A DNA stretch of 34,328 bases from a virus. Its lineage: Duplodnaviria; Heunggongvirae; Uroviricota; Caudoviricetes. The notes under the pieces were generated by a model that did not search any database, was not told where the DNA came from, and saw nothing but the letters and a program-made list of their open reading frames with translations. The translations under genes and the position numbers were made by a program. Shown here piece after piece: positions 18,113-27,789 of this stretch. Position 1 is the first letter of the stretch; every line of letters begins with the position of its first letter. The stretch lies in IMG/VR virus record IMGVR_UViG_2526164597_000016; one strand, given 5' to 3'.

Positions 18113-18557
18113 GTTTAAGCGTTTTGAAGACCGGCTGACCGGACTGATTGAGTCGCTGTCACCGTCAGGGCGTCGGCGACTGAGTGCCGAACTGGCAAAA
18201 CGTCTGCGACAGAGTCAGCAGCGTCGGGTGATGGCACAGAAAGCCCCGGACGGCACACCCTACGCGCCACGCCAGCAGCAGAGCGCCAGAAAAAAGACTG
18301 GTCGTGTTAAGCGAAAAATGTTTGCGAAACTTATTACCAGTCGTTTTTTGCATATCCGCGCCAGCCCGGAGCAGGCATCAATGGAATTTTACGGCGGGAA
18401 GTCGCCGAAAATCGCCAGTGTGCATCAGTTCGGTCTGTCGGAAGAAAACCGGAAAGACGGTAAGAAAATTGATTATCCGGCGCGTCCTCTGCTCGGCTTT
18501 ACCGGTGAGGATGTGCAGATGATTGAAGAGATTATCCTGGCTCACCTTGAGCGTTAG
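18105..18557 (+). CDS. S: Tail completion protein S (P2 gpS)
   Basis: 150 aa, same as P2 gpS. Confidence 0.8.
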   Translation: MNEFKRFEDRLTGLIESLSPSGRRRLSAELAKRLRQSQQRRVMAQKAPDGTPYAPRQQQSARKKTGRVKRKMFAKLITSRFLHIRASPEQASMEFYGGKSPKIASVHQFGLSEENRKDGKKIDYPARPLLGFTGEDVQMIEEIILAHLER

Positions 18558-18587
18558 TTTTATCCAGACAGAGGCTGATGCGCAATT

Positions 18588-18622
18588 AAACATTGAGCGG
18601 CCATGCTGGTCGCTCAATGTTT
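18588..18622. terminator. Perfect 12-bp stem hairpin between S and the reverse-strand cargo gene; possible bidirectional terminator
   Basis: AAACATTGAGCG 18588-18599, 11-nt loop, CGCTCAATGTTT 18611-18622; there is no clean U-tract on either side. Confidence 0.4.
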
Positions 18623-18628
18623 AGAGGT

Positions 18629-19414
18629 TTATGAGTGATTTTTATTTGATGCTTTGTATTCTAAAACCTTCTTATTGGCGTAAAAGAATTTTGTATATGA
18701 CAGGAATATAACCAGACCTGAAGTGAAATAGACGAGGGATAGTATTAATAATGCTTTTTTGTGACTGTTATTATCTTTAATCTCCTGGCTTAACCATTCG
18801 GAGTCCTCCTCGTTTAGCTGTAAGAGCTTATTGCAGGCGATTTCAGGAAGTGTGTCTTTTATAAATACGTTTTGCAGTCTCTTGCAATCGGCAAGGCTAT
18901 AAGTTTTATTAAATTCAACTGCTTTATTTTTGAAGGATAAAAGAACTTTGTCACTATAAACATAGTACATCATATTTTTATATGGTATGCCTATGGCATC
19001 TCTTACTATAGCGGATTGTTTGTTGTGTATATAACATGCGAAGAGAATATAAATAATACTGGCCAGAATTACAATTATTGTTTTAATTATGTGTGGTGGT
19101 TTTGTTATGTCACCCCAGATGCGAGCAAGGAAAAAATACGATGTTTTTAGTTTTCCATCAATCAGTCCCTGCTGTATCATTCTCACATTTTCAATGCCTG
19201 ATACATTGATTCCGTTAATTATTTTAAATAGTTGAATGTCGCGCCACTCGCGGTCAAGTCTTTTTAATTTTTTGTCTGAATATCCAAAATTGAAATAATG
19301 TGCAATAAGCCTCATAAGGTTACTTTTACCAAAGCTAAAAAATGCTAATACTGCAAAGCTACAAAGGAAAAAAACGATTAGCCCCCACACATTAGTCACA
19401 TTATAGCTGACCAT
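18629..19414 (-). CDS. Accessory (moron) membrane protein of unknown function, about 3 TM helices (P2 orf30 position)
   Basis: 261 aa, AT-rich and on the opposite strand to the flanking tail genes; strong AAGGAG before the ATG; hydrophobic segments VWGLIVFFLCSFAVLAFFSF, IIKTIIVILASIIYILFACYI, ALLILSLVYFTSGLVIFLSY. Confidence 0.6.
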   Translation of the reverse strand: MVSYNVTNVWGLIVFFLCSFAVLAFFSFGKSNLMRLIAHYFNFGYSDKKLKRLDREWRDIQLFKIINGINVSGIENVRMIQQGLIDGKLKTSYFFLARIWGDITKPPHIIKTIIVILASIIYILFACYIHNKQSAIVRDAIGIPYKNMMYYVYSDKVLLSFKNKAVEFNKTYSLADCKRLQNVFIKDTLPEIACNKLLQLNEEDSEWLSQEIKDNNSHKKALLILSLVYFTSGLVIFLSYTKFFYANKKVLEYKASNKNHS

Positions 19415-19497
19415 TACGCTCTCCTTGAATGTTGTCTGGTAGTTCTACAAATGAATCCAGATAGCATAACTTTTATATATTGTGCAATCTCACATGC
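19415..19497. promoter_or_regulatory. Candidate late promoter for the V operon and promoter of the divergent cargo gene
   Basis: TATATA at 19474-19479 upstream of V; partial Ogr-like dyad TGT-N11-ACA at 19433-19449, which is not the canonical N12 spacing. Confidence 0.3.
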
Positions 19498-20133
19498 ATG
19501 AACACTCTCGCAAATATTCAGGAACTCGCGCGCGCACTGCGCAACATGATTCGCACCGGCCTTGTCGTCGAAACCGACCTTAACGCCGGTCGCTGCCGTG
19601 TGCAGACCGGCGGCATGTGCACCGACTGGCTTCAGTGGCTGACCTGTCGTGCCGGGCGTTCGCGCACATGGTGGGCACCTTCCGTGGGAGAGCAGGTGCT
19701 GATTCTGGCCGTGGGCGGTGAACTTGACACGGCGTTTGTTCTGCCGGGGATTTATTCCGGCGATAACCCCGCGCCGTCTGCGTCGGCGGATGCCCTGCAT
19801 ATCCGTTTCCCTGACGGGGCGGTGATTGAGTATGAACCCGAAACCAGTGCACTCACGGTAAGCGGAATTAAAACGGCCAGCGTGACGGCTTCTGATTCTG
19901 TTACTGCCACGGTGCCGGTGGTCATGGTGAAAGCGTCAACCCGCATCACCCTGGACACACCGGAGGTGGTCTGCACCAACAGGCTGATTACCGGCACGCT
20001 GGAAGTGCAGAAGGGCGGGACGATGCGCGGCAACATTGAACACACCGGCGGTGAACTCTCATCAAACGGTAAGGTACTGCATACCCATAAACACCCCGGC
20101 GACAGCGGCGGCACAACCGGGAGTCCTCTATGA
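19498..20133 (+). CDS. V: Baseplate spike / assembly protein V (P2 gpV)
   Basis: 211 aa from ATG 19498 (MNTLANIQELARAL...), matching P2 gpV. Confidence 0.85.
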   Translation: MNTLANIQELARALRNMIRTGLVVETDLNAGRCRVQTGGMCTDWLQWLTCRAGRSRTWWAPSVGEQVLILAVGGELDTAFVLPGIYSGDNPAPSASADALHIRFPDGAVIEYEPETSALTVSGIKTASVTASDSVTATVPVVMVKASTRITLDTPEVVCTNRLITGTLEVQKGGTMRGNIEHTGGELSSNGKVLHTHKHPGDSGGTTGSPL

Positions 20134-20477
20134 CAGCGCGTTATCTCGGAATGAATCGCAGTGATGGCCTGACTGTCACTGACCTTGAGCATATCAGCCA
20201 GAGTATCGGCGATATCCTGCGCACGCCGGTCGGCTCACGGGTGATGCGTCGTGATTACGGCTCGTTGCTGGCGTCAATGATTGACCAGCCGCAGACCCCG
20301 GCGCTTGAGTTGCAGATTAAGGTCGCCTGTTACATGGCCGTGCTGAAATGGGAACCCCGCGTCACCCTGTCATCCGTCACCACGGCGCGCAGTTTTGACG
20401 GGCGAATGACGGTCACGTTAACCGGTCAGCACAACGACACCGGCCAGCCACTTTCGTTAACCATCCCTGTGAGTTGA
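20130..20477 (+). CDS. W: Baseplate protein W (gp25-like)
   Basis: 115 aa, same as P2 gpW; ATGA coupling with V. Confidence 0.85.
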   Translation: MTARYLGMNRSDGLTVTDLEHISQSIGDILRTPVGSRVMRRDYGSLLASMIDQPQTPALELQIKVACYMAVLKWEPRVTLSSVTTARSFDGRMTVTLTGQHNDTGQPLSLTIPVS

Positions 20478-20481
20478 AACC

Positions 20482-21390
20482 ATGCCGATTATCGACCTGA
20501 ACCAGCTACCCGCACCGGATGTGGTCGAGGAGCTGGACTTTGAAACCATTCTTGCCGAACGCAAGGCGACACTGATTTCCCTTTACCCGGAAGACCAGCA
20601 GGAGGCGGTCGCCCGTACCCTGACGCTGGAATCTGAGCCTCTCGTCAAACTGCTGGAGGAAAATGCTTATCGTGAGCTTATCTGGCGTCAGCGTGTGAAT
20701 GAGGCTGCACGGGCGGTGATGCTGGCCTGTGCCGCCGGTAATGACCTTGATGTGATTGGTGCCAATTACAACACCACACGCCTGATTATCACCCCGGCAG
20801 ATGATTCGACCCTCCCGCCGACACCGGCCGTGATGGAATCTGACACCGATTATCGTCTGCGTATTCAGCAGGCGTTTGAAGGTTTAAGCGTCGCCGGGTC
20901 GGTGGGGGCCTATCAGTATCATGGTCGAAGTGCCGACGGGCGTGTCGCAGATATCTCTGTCACCAGTCCTTCTCCGGCCTGCGTCACCATCTCTGTGCTG
21001 TCACGTGAAAATAACGGTGTGGCATCCGAAGACCTGCTGGCGGTGGTGCGCAACGCCCTTAATGGTGAGGACGTCAGACCGGTGGCCGACCGCGTGACCG
21101 TGCAGTCTGCCGCCATCGTTGAATACCAGATAAACGCCACGCTTTACCTTTACCCTGGCCCCGAAAGCGAACCCATCCGCGCTGCTGCCGTGAAAAAACT
21201 GGAAGCGTACATCACGGCACAACACCGGCTGGGGCGTGACATCCGTCTGTCTGCCATTTATGCCGCTTTGCATGTGGAAGGCGTGCAGCGTGTCGAGCTG
21301 GCCGCACCACTGGCCGACATCGTGCTCAACAATACGCAGGCGTCTTTCTGTACCGAATACCGCGTCGTGACCGGAGGCTCGGATGAGTGA
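20482..21390 (+). CDS. J: Baseplate wedge protein J
   Basis: 302 aa, same as P2 gpJ. Confidence 0.85.
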   Translation: MPIIDLNQLPAPDVVEELDFETILAERKATLISLYPEDQQEAVARTLTLESEPLVKLLEENAYRELIWRQRVNEAARAVMLACAAGNDLDVIGANYNTTRLIITPADDSTLPPTPAVMESDTDYRLRIQQAFEGLSVAGSVGAYQYHGRSADGRVADISVTSPSPACVTISVLSRENNGVASEDLLAVVRNALNGEDVRPVADRVTVQSAAIVEYQINATLYLYPGPESEPIRAAAVKKLEAYITAQHRLGRDIRLSAIYAALHVEGVQRVELAAPLADIVLNNTQASFCTEYRVVTGGSDE

Positions 21391-21913
21391 TTCGCGACTG
21401 CTGCCGACCGGCTCATCACCGCTTGAAGTTGCCGCCGCAAAAGCCTGTGCGGAAATTGAAAAGACACCGGTCAGTATTCGTGAGCTGTGGAACCCGGATA
21501 CCTGTCCGGCAAATCTGCTGCCGTGGCTGGCGTGGGCGTTTTCGGTCGACAGGTGGGATGAAAAGTGGCCGGAAGCGACAAAACGCGCCGTTATCCGCGA
21601 TGCCTATTTCATCCACTGTCATAAAGGCACTATCGGCGCAATCCGGCGTGTGGTGGAGCCGCTCGGCTATCTCATCAACGTGACGGAGTGGTGGGAAAAC
21701 AGTGACCCGCCCGGCACCTTCCGCCTTGATATTGGTGTACTGGAAAGCGGTATCACAGAGGCAATGTATCAGGAAATGGAACGGCTGATTGCTGATGCCA
21801 AACCTGCAAGCCGTCACCTTATTGGTCTGAACATTACCCGGGACATTCCCGGCTACCTGTTCGCCGGTGGTGTGGCTTATGACGGCGATGTAATTACGGT
21901 TTACCCCGGATAA
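21383..21913 (+). CDS. I: Baseplate / tail protein I
   Basis: 176 aa, same as P2 gpI; overlaps the J end. Confidence 0.85.
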   Translation: MSDSRLLPTGSSPLEVAAAKACAEIEKTPVSIRELWNPDTCPANLLPWLAWAFSVDRWDEKWPEATKRAVIRDAYFIHCHKGTIGAIRRVVEPLGYLINVTEWWENSDPPGTFRLDIGVLESGITEAMYQEMERLIADAKPASRHLIGLNITRDIPGYLFAGGVAYDGDVITVYPG

Positions 21914-21923
21914 GTGAGGAATA

Positions 21924-24173
21924 ATGAGCACAAAATTCAGAACCGTTATCACCACTGCTGGTGCAGCAAAGCTGGCAGCGGCAACCGCGCCGGGAGGGCG
22001 GAAGGTCAACATTACCACGATGGCCGTCGGGGATGGCGGTGGTAAATTGCCTGTCCCGGATGCCGGACAGACCGGGCTTATCCACGAAGTCTGGCGACAT
22101 GCGCTGAACAAAATCAGCCAAGACAAACGAAACAGTAATTATATTATCGCAGAGCTGGTTATTCCGCCGGAGGTGGGCGGTTTCTGGATGCGTGAGCTTG
22201 GCCTGTACGATGATGCTGGAACGTTAATTGCCGTGGCGAACATGGCTGAAAGTTATAAGCCAGCTCTTGCCGAAGGCTCAGGGCGTTCGCAGACCTGCCG
22301 CATGGTCATCATCGTCAGCAGTGTGGCCTCAGTGGCGCTGACCATTGACACCACAACGGTGATGGCAACGCAGGATTACGTTGATGACAAAATTGCAGAA
22401 CATGAACAGTCACGACGTCACCCGGACGCCTCGCTGACCGCCAAAGGTTTTACTCAGTTAAGCAGTGCGACCAACAGCACGTCTGAAACACTCGCCGCAA
22501 CACCAAAAGCGGTAAAAGCAGCATATGACCTTGCTAACGGGAAATACACTGCACAGGACGCCACCACAGCGCGAAAAGGCCTTGTCCAGCTCAGTAGTGC
22601 CACCAACAGCACGTCTGAAACGCTCGCCGCAACACCAAAAGCGGTAAAAGCAGCATATGACCTTGCTAACGGGAAATACACTGCACAGGACGCCACCACC
22701 GCGCGAAAAGGCCTTGTCCAGCTCAGTAGCGCCACCAACAGCGATTCTGAAACGCTTGCGGCAACGCCAAAGGCGGTTAAGACAGCGTATGACCTTGCTA
22801 ACGGGAAATACACTGCACAGGATGCCACCACAGCGCGAAAAGGTCTTGTCCAGCTCAGTAGCGCCACCAACAGTGATTCTGAAACGCTGGCTGCAACACC
22901 AAAAGCGGTGAAGTCTGCCTATGACAATGCTGAAAAACGTCTTCAGAAAGATCAGAACGGTGCGGATATTCCTGATAAAGGACGCTTCCTGAGTAACATT
23001 AATGTTTACAGCAAAGGTGAAGTGGATAAGAAAAAGGGAATGCGAAAGTATTCGTTTGCAGCCCCTGCAAATGTCGTTGCCGGGAAGTGGTATCCCGTTA
23101 TCTTTCGCCGTGCTGCCAGCCTTTCAGGAGAAATGGCATCCCGCGTCGTTATTTCAACTGGTTGTTATAACGGCGATTATGTAATGAATAACTGCGAGTT
23201 TAATGGCATGGTTATGCCCGGAGGCTGGACCGATCGTGGTTCATATGCGGCAGGTTATTTCTGGACGTATCAGACTAATGAGCGTTCAATCCATTCCATT
23301 GTTACAAGCCTGAAAGATGATGATGTATGTAGTGTTTTTTATGTTGAAGCCAGAGCTTTCCCTGTACAAATTCTTGCAGAGGAAGGGCTAACGGTTATTG
23401 TTCCGACAGAGGATTATGTCGTCGGTCAAACGACATATAAGTGGGGGGCAACTAATCCCGCTACAGAAAGCACGAACGCACAGGCTATTCTGGATTTTAA
23501 AAATGGGCGCGGTTATTACTGCTCACATCCATTTATTTCCAGCCTTTCAGGAAATGCTGCAACAGCAACGAAGTTAGCGAATGCAAGAAATATTAATGGT
23601 GTCAGATTTGATGGTTCTGCCGATATAAATATTAATACACTGGTATCCAGAAACCGTGTTACTGCATTAGGTGGGAGCTCAAAGGGTACACCAGGTATTC
23701 AGATGTATGAGGCATACAACAATGGCTACCCAACAGCCTATGGTAATGTGCTTCATCTCACTGGCGTAACCGCAGTAGGAGAGGGTGAGTTACTTATTGG
23801 CTGGAGTGGAACCAGCGGTGCTCATGCTCCGGCATATATTCGCTCCCGACGAGATACCACAGATGCTAACTGGTCTGGATGGGCGCAACTATATACAACT
23901 GCTCATAAACCCTCAGCGGGAGATGTTGGTGCATACACCAAAGCTGAGTCAGATTCACGTTATGTGAGAGACATGCGACTGGGCGGTGCATCTACATATA
24001 AACCAGCAAATAATGGTACTACATGGACGCATCAGGCTCCGTCAGGTTGCGTATATACCGGCATTATTGTTCAGGATACCGGCTCAAACTCTGCCGATAA
24101 CATTGGTGGCGTATATTACAGGCCGGTGCAGAAATACATTAACGGGACATGGTATAACGTGGCGCAGGTATAA
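21924..24173 (+). CDS. H: Tail fibre protein H with internal tandem repeats
   Basis: 749 aa; conserved N-terminal tail-fibre region, repeat block, then divergent C-terminal receptor-binding part; followed by G. Confidence 0.85.
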   Translation: MSTKFRTVITTAGAAKLAAATAPGGRKVNITTMAVGDGGGKLPVPDAGQTGLIHEVWRHALNKISQDKRNSNYIIAELVIPPEVGGFWMRELGLYDDAGTLIAVANMAESYKPALAEGSGRSQTCRMVIIVSSVASVALTIDTTTVMATQDYVDDKIAEHEQSRRHPDASLTAKGFTQLSSATNSTSETLAATPKAVKAAYDLANGKYTAQDATTARKGLVQLSSATNSTSETLAATPKAVKAAYDLANGKYTAQDATTARKGLVQLSSATNSDSETLAATPKAVKTAYDLANGKYTAQDATTARKGLVQLSSATNSDSETLAATPKAVKSAYDNAEKRLQKDQNGADIPDKGRFLSNINVYSKGEVDKKKGMRKYSFAAPANVVAGKWYPVIFRRAASLSGEMASRVVISTGCYNGDYVMNNCEFNGMVMPGGWTDRGSYAAGYFWTYQTNERSIHSIVTSLKDDDVCSVFYVEARAFPVQILAEEGLTVIVPTEDYVVGQTTYKWGATNPATESTNAQAILDFKNGRGYYCSHPFISSLSGNAATATKLANARNINGVRFDGSADININTLVSRNRVTALGGSSKGTPGIQMYEAYNNGYPTAYGNVLHLTGVTAVGEGELLIGWSGTSGAHAPAYIRSRRDTTDANWSGWAQLYTTAHKPSAGDVGAYTKAESDSRYVRDMRLGGASTYKPANNGTTWTHQAPSGCVYTGIIVQDTGSNSADNIGGVYYRPVQKYINGTWYNVAQV
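22455..22982 (+). repeat. Four tandem copies of a 132-bp (44-aa) unit inside H (phage tail-fibre repeat)
   Basis: Units start at 22455, 22587, 22719 and 22851 (LSSATNS(T/D)SETLAATPKAVKAAYDLANGKYTAQDATTARKGLVQ); the last copy degenerates. Confidence 0.85.
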
Positions 24174-24176
24174 TTT

Positions 24177-24704
24177 ATGCAGCATTTAAAAAATATTACG
24201 GCGGGTAATCCAAAAACGGTTGAACAATATCAATTGACAAAGAACTTTGATGTTGTCTGGTTTTTTTCAGAAGATGGTAAGAACTGGTACGAAGAACAAA
24301 AGTATTTTGCTGATGACACGATAAAAATAGCGTACGACAAAGATAATATCATCCGCTATGTGGAAAAGGATGTGACAGCTATCAGACCGGATGGATTAAG
24401 TGTTGTTGAAGTGGCGGATATTACTGCTAACCGACGGGCGGACATTTCAGGGAACTGGATGTTTAAGGATGGCACAGTGATCAAACGAATTTATACGGCA
24501 GAGGAATTGCAACTGCAGGCAGAAAACCGGAAAGCCAGACTTCTTGCAGATGCTGAATCCGTGATTTTGCCGCTAGAGCGTGCTGTCAGGCTGAACATGG
24601 CAACAGAGGAGGAGCGCACACGGCTGGAGGCTTGGGAACGCTACAGCGTTGTGGTCAGTCGTGTGGATCCTGCAAATCCTGAATGGCCGGAAATGCCGCA
24701 ATAA
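24177..24704 (+). CDS. G: Tail fibre assembly chaperone G
   Basis: 175 aa, same as P2 gpG; immediately downstream of H. Confidence 0.8.
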   Translation: MQHLKNITAGNPKTVEQYQLTKNFDVVWFFSEDGKNWYEEQKYFADDTIKIAYDKDNIIRYVEKDVTAIRPDGLSVVEVADITANRRADISGNWMFKDGTVIKRIYTAEELQLQAENRKARLLADAESVILPLERAVRLNMATEEERTRLEAWERYSVVVSRVDPANPEWPEMPQ

Positions 24705-24985
24705 GTTGTATGAACTCTGGTGTGAGCTTACATATCTATGGCACAGAGTAAAGCCTAATCTGACAGTCCGCTCTGTGCCAGGAGCGGAAGTTGCCAAGAG
24801 AACTCTTGCAAAGGTATGATAACGTAGGTGCTAAATAATCATGAACCATAATAAATTAAAGGTTTTTAAGTTAACTCTATGGCGTTTCTTTTGCATGATG
24901 ATTTTTTATTTATTATATAAAGCTTAAATATACATAATATTTAGCTTCATTTTTTTAGGTATTTTAAAGATTTAGAGGAATGTGA

Positions 24986-25921
24986 ATGGCTACTTATGCT
25001 TCTTATTTACCAGAATCACAAATTATCACTTTGTGCAAGGATTTCCCAGCGTTTACTGATCCTGAAAAATTAGATGGATTCATTAATCCAGAACAGTTTG
25101 GCGTGTTTTTTCATGAGTGGATTCATTTTCTTCACAATATTTCCACAATTAATGGGTTTTCTATTTTTTGCACGCAAAACATCCTGTGGTCTAATTTTCG
25201 CTGGGCAATGGACAATCAGGATGTATGTCTTGGTTCAAATGACATGGATCCAGCACATATCGAATCAAACAAAAATTTTCTCAGTTACATTCGTTCCAAT
25301 AGGAGTCTGCATAAATGTAACTTACCTTATTATGTAAAAGTAAACGACTTGTATTTTGAGGATGCAATAATCCATGACATGGAGGTTGCTGACGGTAGTG
25401 TTATATGTACATCATTAATAAAGTGTAGAATTTCTCATTCTGAAAACAAATACGATCTAGATTTAGGCGTGCTTGAAATACTTGAATCCGCAGCTTTTAT
25501 GCTTGAATGTAAGTGTATTAATGCGATGAATGGCTTCCCTCAAGAGGCACCCTTTTATCCGTATCATACTATCAAGGGCTTAGCAGCGAAAATTGCTCCG
25601 TCATTAAATGATGAAGATATTATTTGTTGTATGTTAGCTTCTTTGCAATCTAATAACCCTCCCCAAGTATTATTCAATCTACTACATAAATGTGAATTAT
25701 TACATTCTGATTGTAGGTATGAACATCTAGTGGCGGAGGTGAAAAAACAATTAAGCGAACAAGATCAAATAATAAGCGAGTCACTTAATCAAATAATTCA
25801 AATGATTCCTGTTGATGAACCGATGGGAAACTTTATCAAGCTTACTCTTAACAGAATAAGTAACAATTTGAACTATAGAAAGCAAAAACCGTTTTTTGAG
25901 TTAGATATAATAAAAAAATAG
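24986..25921 (+). CDS. Accessory protein with HExxH motif (possible zinc metallopeptidase-like), in the P2 Z/fun position
   Basis: 311 aa; AT-rich; GAGGA six nt before the ATG; motif FFHEWIHFLHN contains H-E-x-x-H. Confidence 0.6.
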   Translation: MATYASYLPESQIITLCKDFPAFTDPEKLDGFINPEQFGVFFHEWIHFLHNISTINGFSIFCTQNILWSNFRWAMDNQDVCLGSNDMDPAHIESNKNFLSYIRSNRSLHKCNLPYYVKVNDLYFEDAIIHDMEVADGSVICTSLIKCRISHSENKYDLDLGVLEILESAAFMLECKCINAMNGFPQEAPFYPYHTIKGLAAKIAPSLNDEDIICCMLASLQSNNPPQVLFNLLHKCELLHSDCRYEHLVAEVKKQLSEQDQIISESLNQIIQMIPVDEPMGNFIKLTLNRISNNLNYRKQKPFFELDIIKK

Positions 25922-25938
25922 CAGAAAAAACTGAGTTT

Positions 25939-26328
25939 ATGAATGAAGTAATACAGAAATTCGGTGGTTGCACTATCATCCAGGTAAGACATGGAGATGA
26001 TAATGAACCACAGCGTGATATTATGTATGACTTTTGCTTACCTGAAAATAATGATTCAATTTTATTTGGTTCGAAAATGCTACGCGCTTGTTTTCACTTT
26101 ATATTTATTCACTTTAAACTTTCTGGTGAAATCATGAAGACAGAAGAATTAAATATTTCGCCGCGTAATAAATGCCCATTTTATACTGTTTGCTGTGCAT
26201 CAATTCGAGCTAATAATAGTAATATCTGCGCTGAATCCCCTTGGAAATCAATGTCTATTGATGACAACAAAGGTTGTTATTATGCAGCAGCGATTAAAGC
26301 TACTAACCCACCAGTTTTGCCGGATTAA
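25939..26328 (+). CDS. Small Cys-rich accessory protein, co-oriented 17 bp downstream of the HExxH gene
   Basis: 129 aa with eight Cys (GGCTII, DFCLPE, RACFHF, CPFYTVCCA, NICAES, KGCYY); AT-rich; weak ribosome-binding site. Confidence 0.5.
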   Translation: MNEVIQKFGGCTIIQVRHGDDNEPQRDIMYDFCLPENNDSILFGSKMLRACFHFIFIHFKLSGEIMKTEELNISPRNKCPFYTVCCASIRANNSNICAESPWKSMSIDDNKGCYYAAAIKATNPPVLPD

Positions 26329-26463
26329 GAATAGTGTTCTATCTGATAAATATAAAATATTTAAGGTCAGGTCTGCTTATCGCTCAAAGCAGACTGTCAG
26401 ATTTGATAACGTTTGGGCTATGTAAACCGTCAGTTGGAAAATGAGTGAGTGCAAGTCAGGACA

Positions 26464-26490
26464 GGCGGGCGGATTGCCCGCCTTTTCTTT
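26464..26490 (+). terminator. Rho-independent terminator closing the accessory operon
   Basis: GGCGGGC 26464-26470, loop GGATT, GCCCGCC 26476-26482, then TTTTCTTT. Confidence 0.7.
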
Positions 26491-26586
26491 ATCTGTTGTT
26501 TCATCCACTGACCAGCCAGGTCAAATAGCGCCTCATGCTCTGCACAACAGAAAATAGTTGCACCCATTAACCACGGAGTTAAACGG

Positions 26587-27777
26587 ATGAGTGACTATCA
26601 TCACGGCGTGCAGGTGCTGGAGATTAACGACGGCACACGCGTCATTTCCACCGTATCCACTGCCATTGTCGGCATGGTCTGCACGGCCAGCGATGCGGAT
26701 GCGGAAACCTTCCCCCTCAATAAACCTGTGCTGATTACCAATGTGCAGAGTGCAATTGCAAAGGCCGGTAAAAAAGGCACGCTGGCGGCATCGTTGCAGG
26801 CCATCGCTGACCAGTCAAAACCGGTCACCGTTGTCGTGCGCGTGGAAGACGGCACCGGTGATGACGAGGAAACGAAACTCGCGCAGACCGTTTCTAATAT
26901 TATCGGCACCACTGACGAAAACGGTCAGTACACCGGACTGAAAGCCCTGCTGGCGGCGGAGTCGGTAACCGGTGTTAAACCGCGTATTCTTGGTGTGCCG
27001 GGGCTGGATACCAAAGAGGTGGCTGTTGCACTGGCATCAGTCTGTCAGAAGCTGCGCGCTTTCGGATATATCAGCGCATGGGGCTGTAAGACCATTTCCG
27101 AGGTGAAAGCCTACCGCCAGAATTTCAGCCAGCGTGAGCTGATGGTCATCTGGCCGGATTTCCTCGCATGGGATACGGTCACCAGTACCACCGCCACCGC
27201 GCATGCCACCGCCCGTGCGCTGGGTCTGCGCGCTAAAATCGACCAGGAGCAGGGCTGGCATAAAACGCTGTCCAACGTTGGGGTAAACGGTGTTACCGGC
27301 ATCAGCGCATCTGTATTCTGGGATTTGCAGGAGTCCGGCACCGATGCTGACCTGCTTAACGAGTCAGGCGTCACTACGCTGATTCGCCGTGACGGTTTCC
27401 GCTTCTGGGGTAACCGTACCTGCTCTGATGACCCGCTGTTCCTCTTTGAAAACTACACCCGCACCGCGCAGGTGCTGGCCGACACGATGGCTGAGGCGCA
27501 CATGTGGGCGGTGGACAAGCCCATCACCGCAACGCTGATTCGCGACATCGTTGACGGCATCAATGCCAAATTCCGTGAGCTGAAAACAAACGGCTATATC
27601 GTGGATGCGACCTGCTGGTTCAGCGAAGAATCCAACGATGCGGAAACCCTCAAGGCCGGAAAACTGTATATCGACTACGACTATACCCCGGTGCCTCCTC
27701 TCGAAAACCTGACCCTGCGCCAGCGTATTACTGATAAATACCTGGCAAGTCTGGTCACCTCGGTTAACAGCAATTAA
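26587..27777 (+). CDS. FI: Tail sheath protein FI
   Basis: 396 aa, same as P2 gpFI. Confidence 0.9.
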   Translation: MSDYHHGVQVLEINDGTRVISTVSTAIVGMVCTASDADAETFPLNKPVLITNVQSAIAKAGKKGTLAASLQAIADQSKPVTVVVRVEDGTGDDEETKLAQTVSNIIGTTDENGQYTGLKALLAAESVTGVKPRILGVPGLDTKEVAVALASVCQKLRAFGYISAWGCKTISEVKAYRQNFSQRELMVIWPDFLAWDTVTSTTATAHATARALGLRAKIDQEQGWHKTLSNVGVNGVTGISASVFWDLQESGTDADLLNESGVTTLIRRDGFRFWGNRTCSDDPLFLFENYTRTAQVLADTMAEAHMWAVDKPITATLIRDIVDGINAKFRELKTNGYIVDATCWFSEESNDAETLKAGKLYIDYDYTPVPPLENLTLRQRITDKYLASLVTSVNSN

Positions 27778-27789
27778 GGAGCCTGACCG

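Noticed and set aside
22454-22870. 138-aa reverse-strand ORF with an internally repeated peptide
   Set aside because: It lies entirely antisense to the tandem 132-bp repeats of tail-fibre gene H; its repetition is a mirror of the H repeats and it has no start context of its own.
22455-22982. Possible CRISPR array (regular repeats)
   Set aside because: The repeats are 132 bp, directly tandem with no unique spacers, and in-frame coding sequence of the tail fibre; this is not CRISPR architecture.
24740-24779. Inverted repeat GGCACAGAG ... CTCTGTGCC after gene G, as a possible terminator
   Set aside because: The loop is 22 nt and there is no U-tract; it may be a regulatory or RNA-processing structure, but evidence for a terminator is insufficient.
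26195-26425. 76-aa ORF overlapping the 3' end of the Cys-rich gene
   Set aside because: Alternative frame overlapping a better-supported gene and running into the 3' UTR; no ribosome-binding site.
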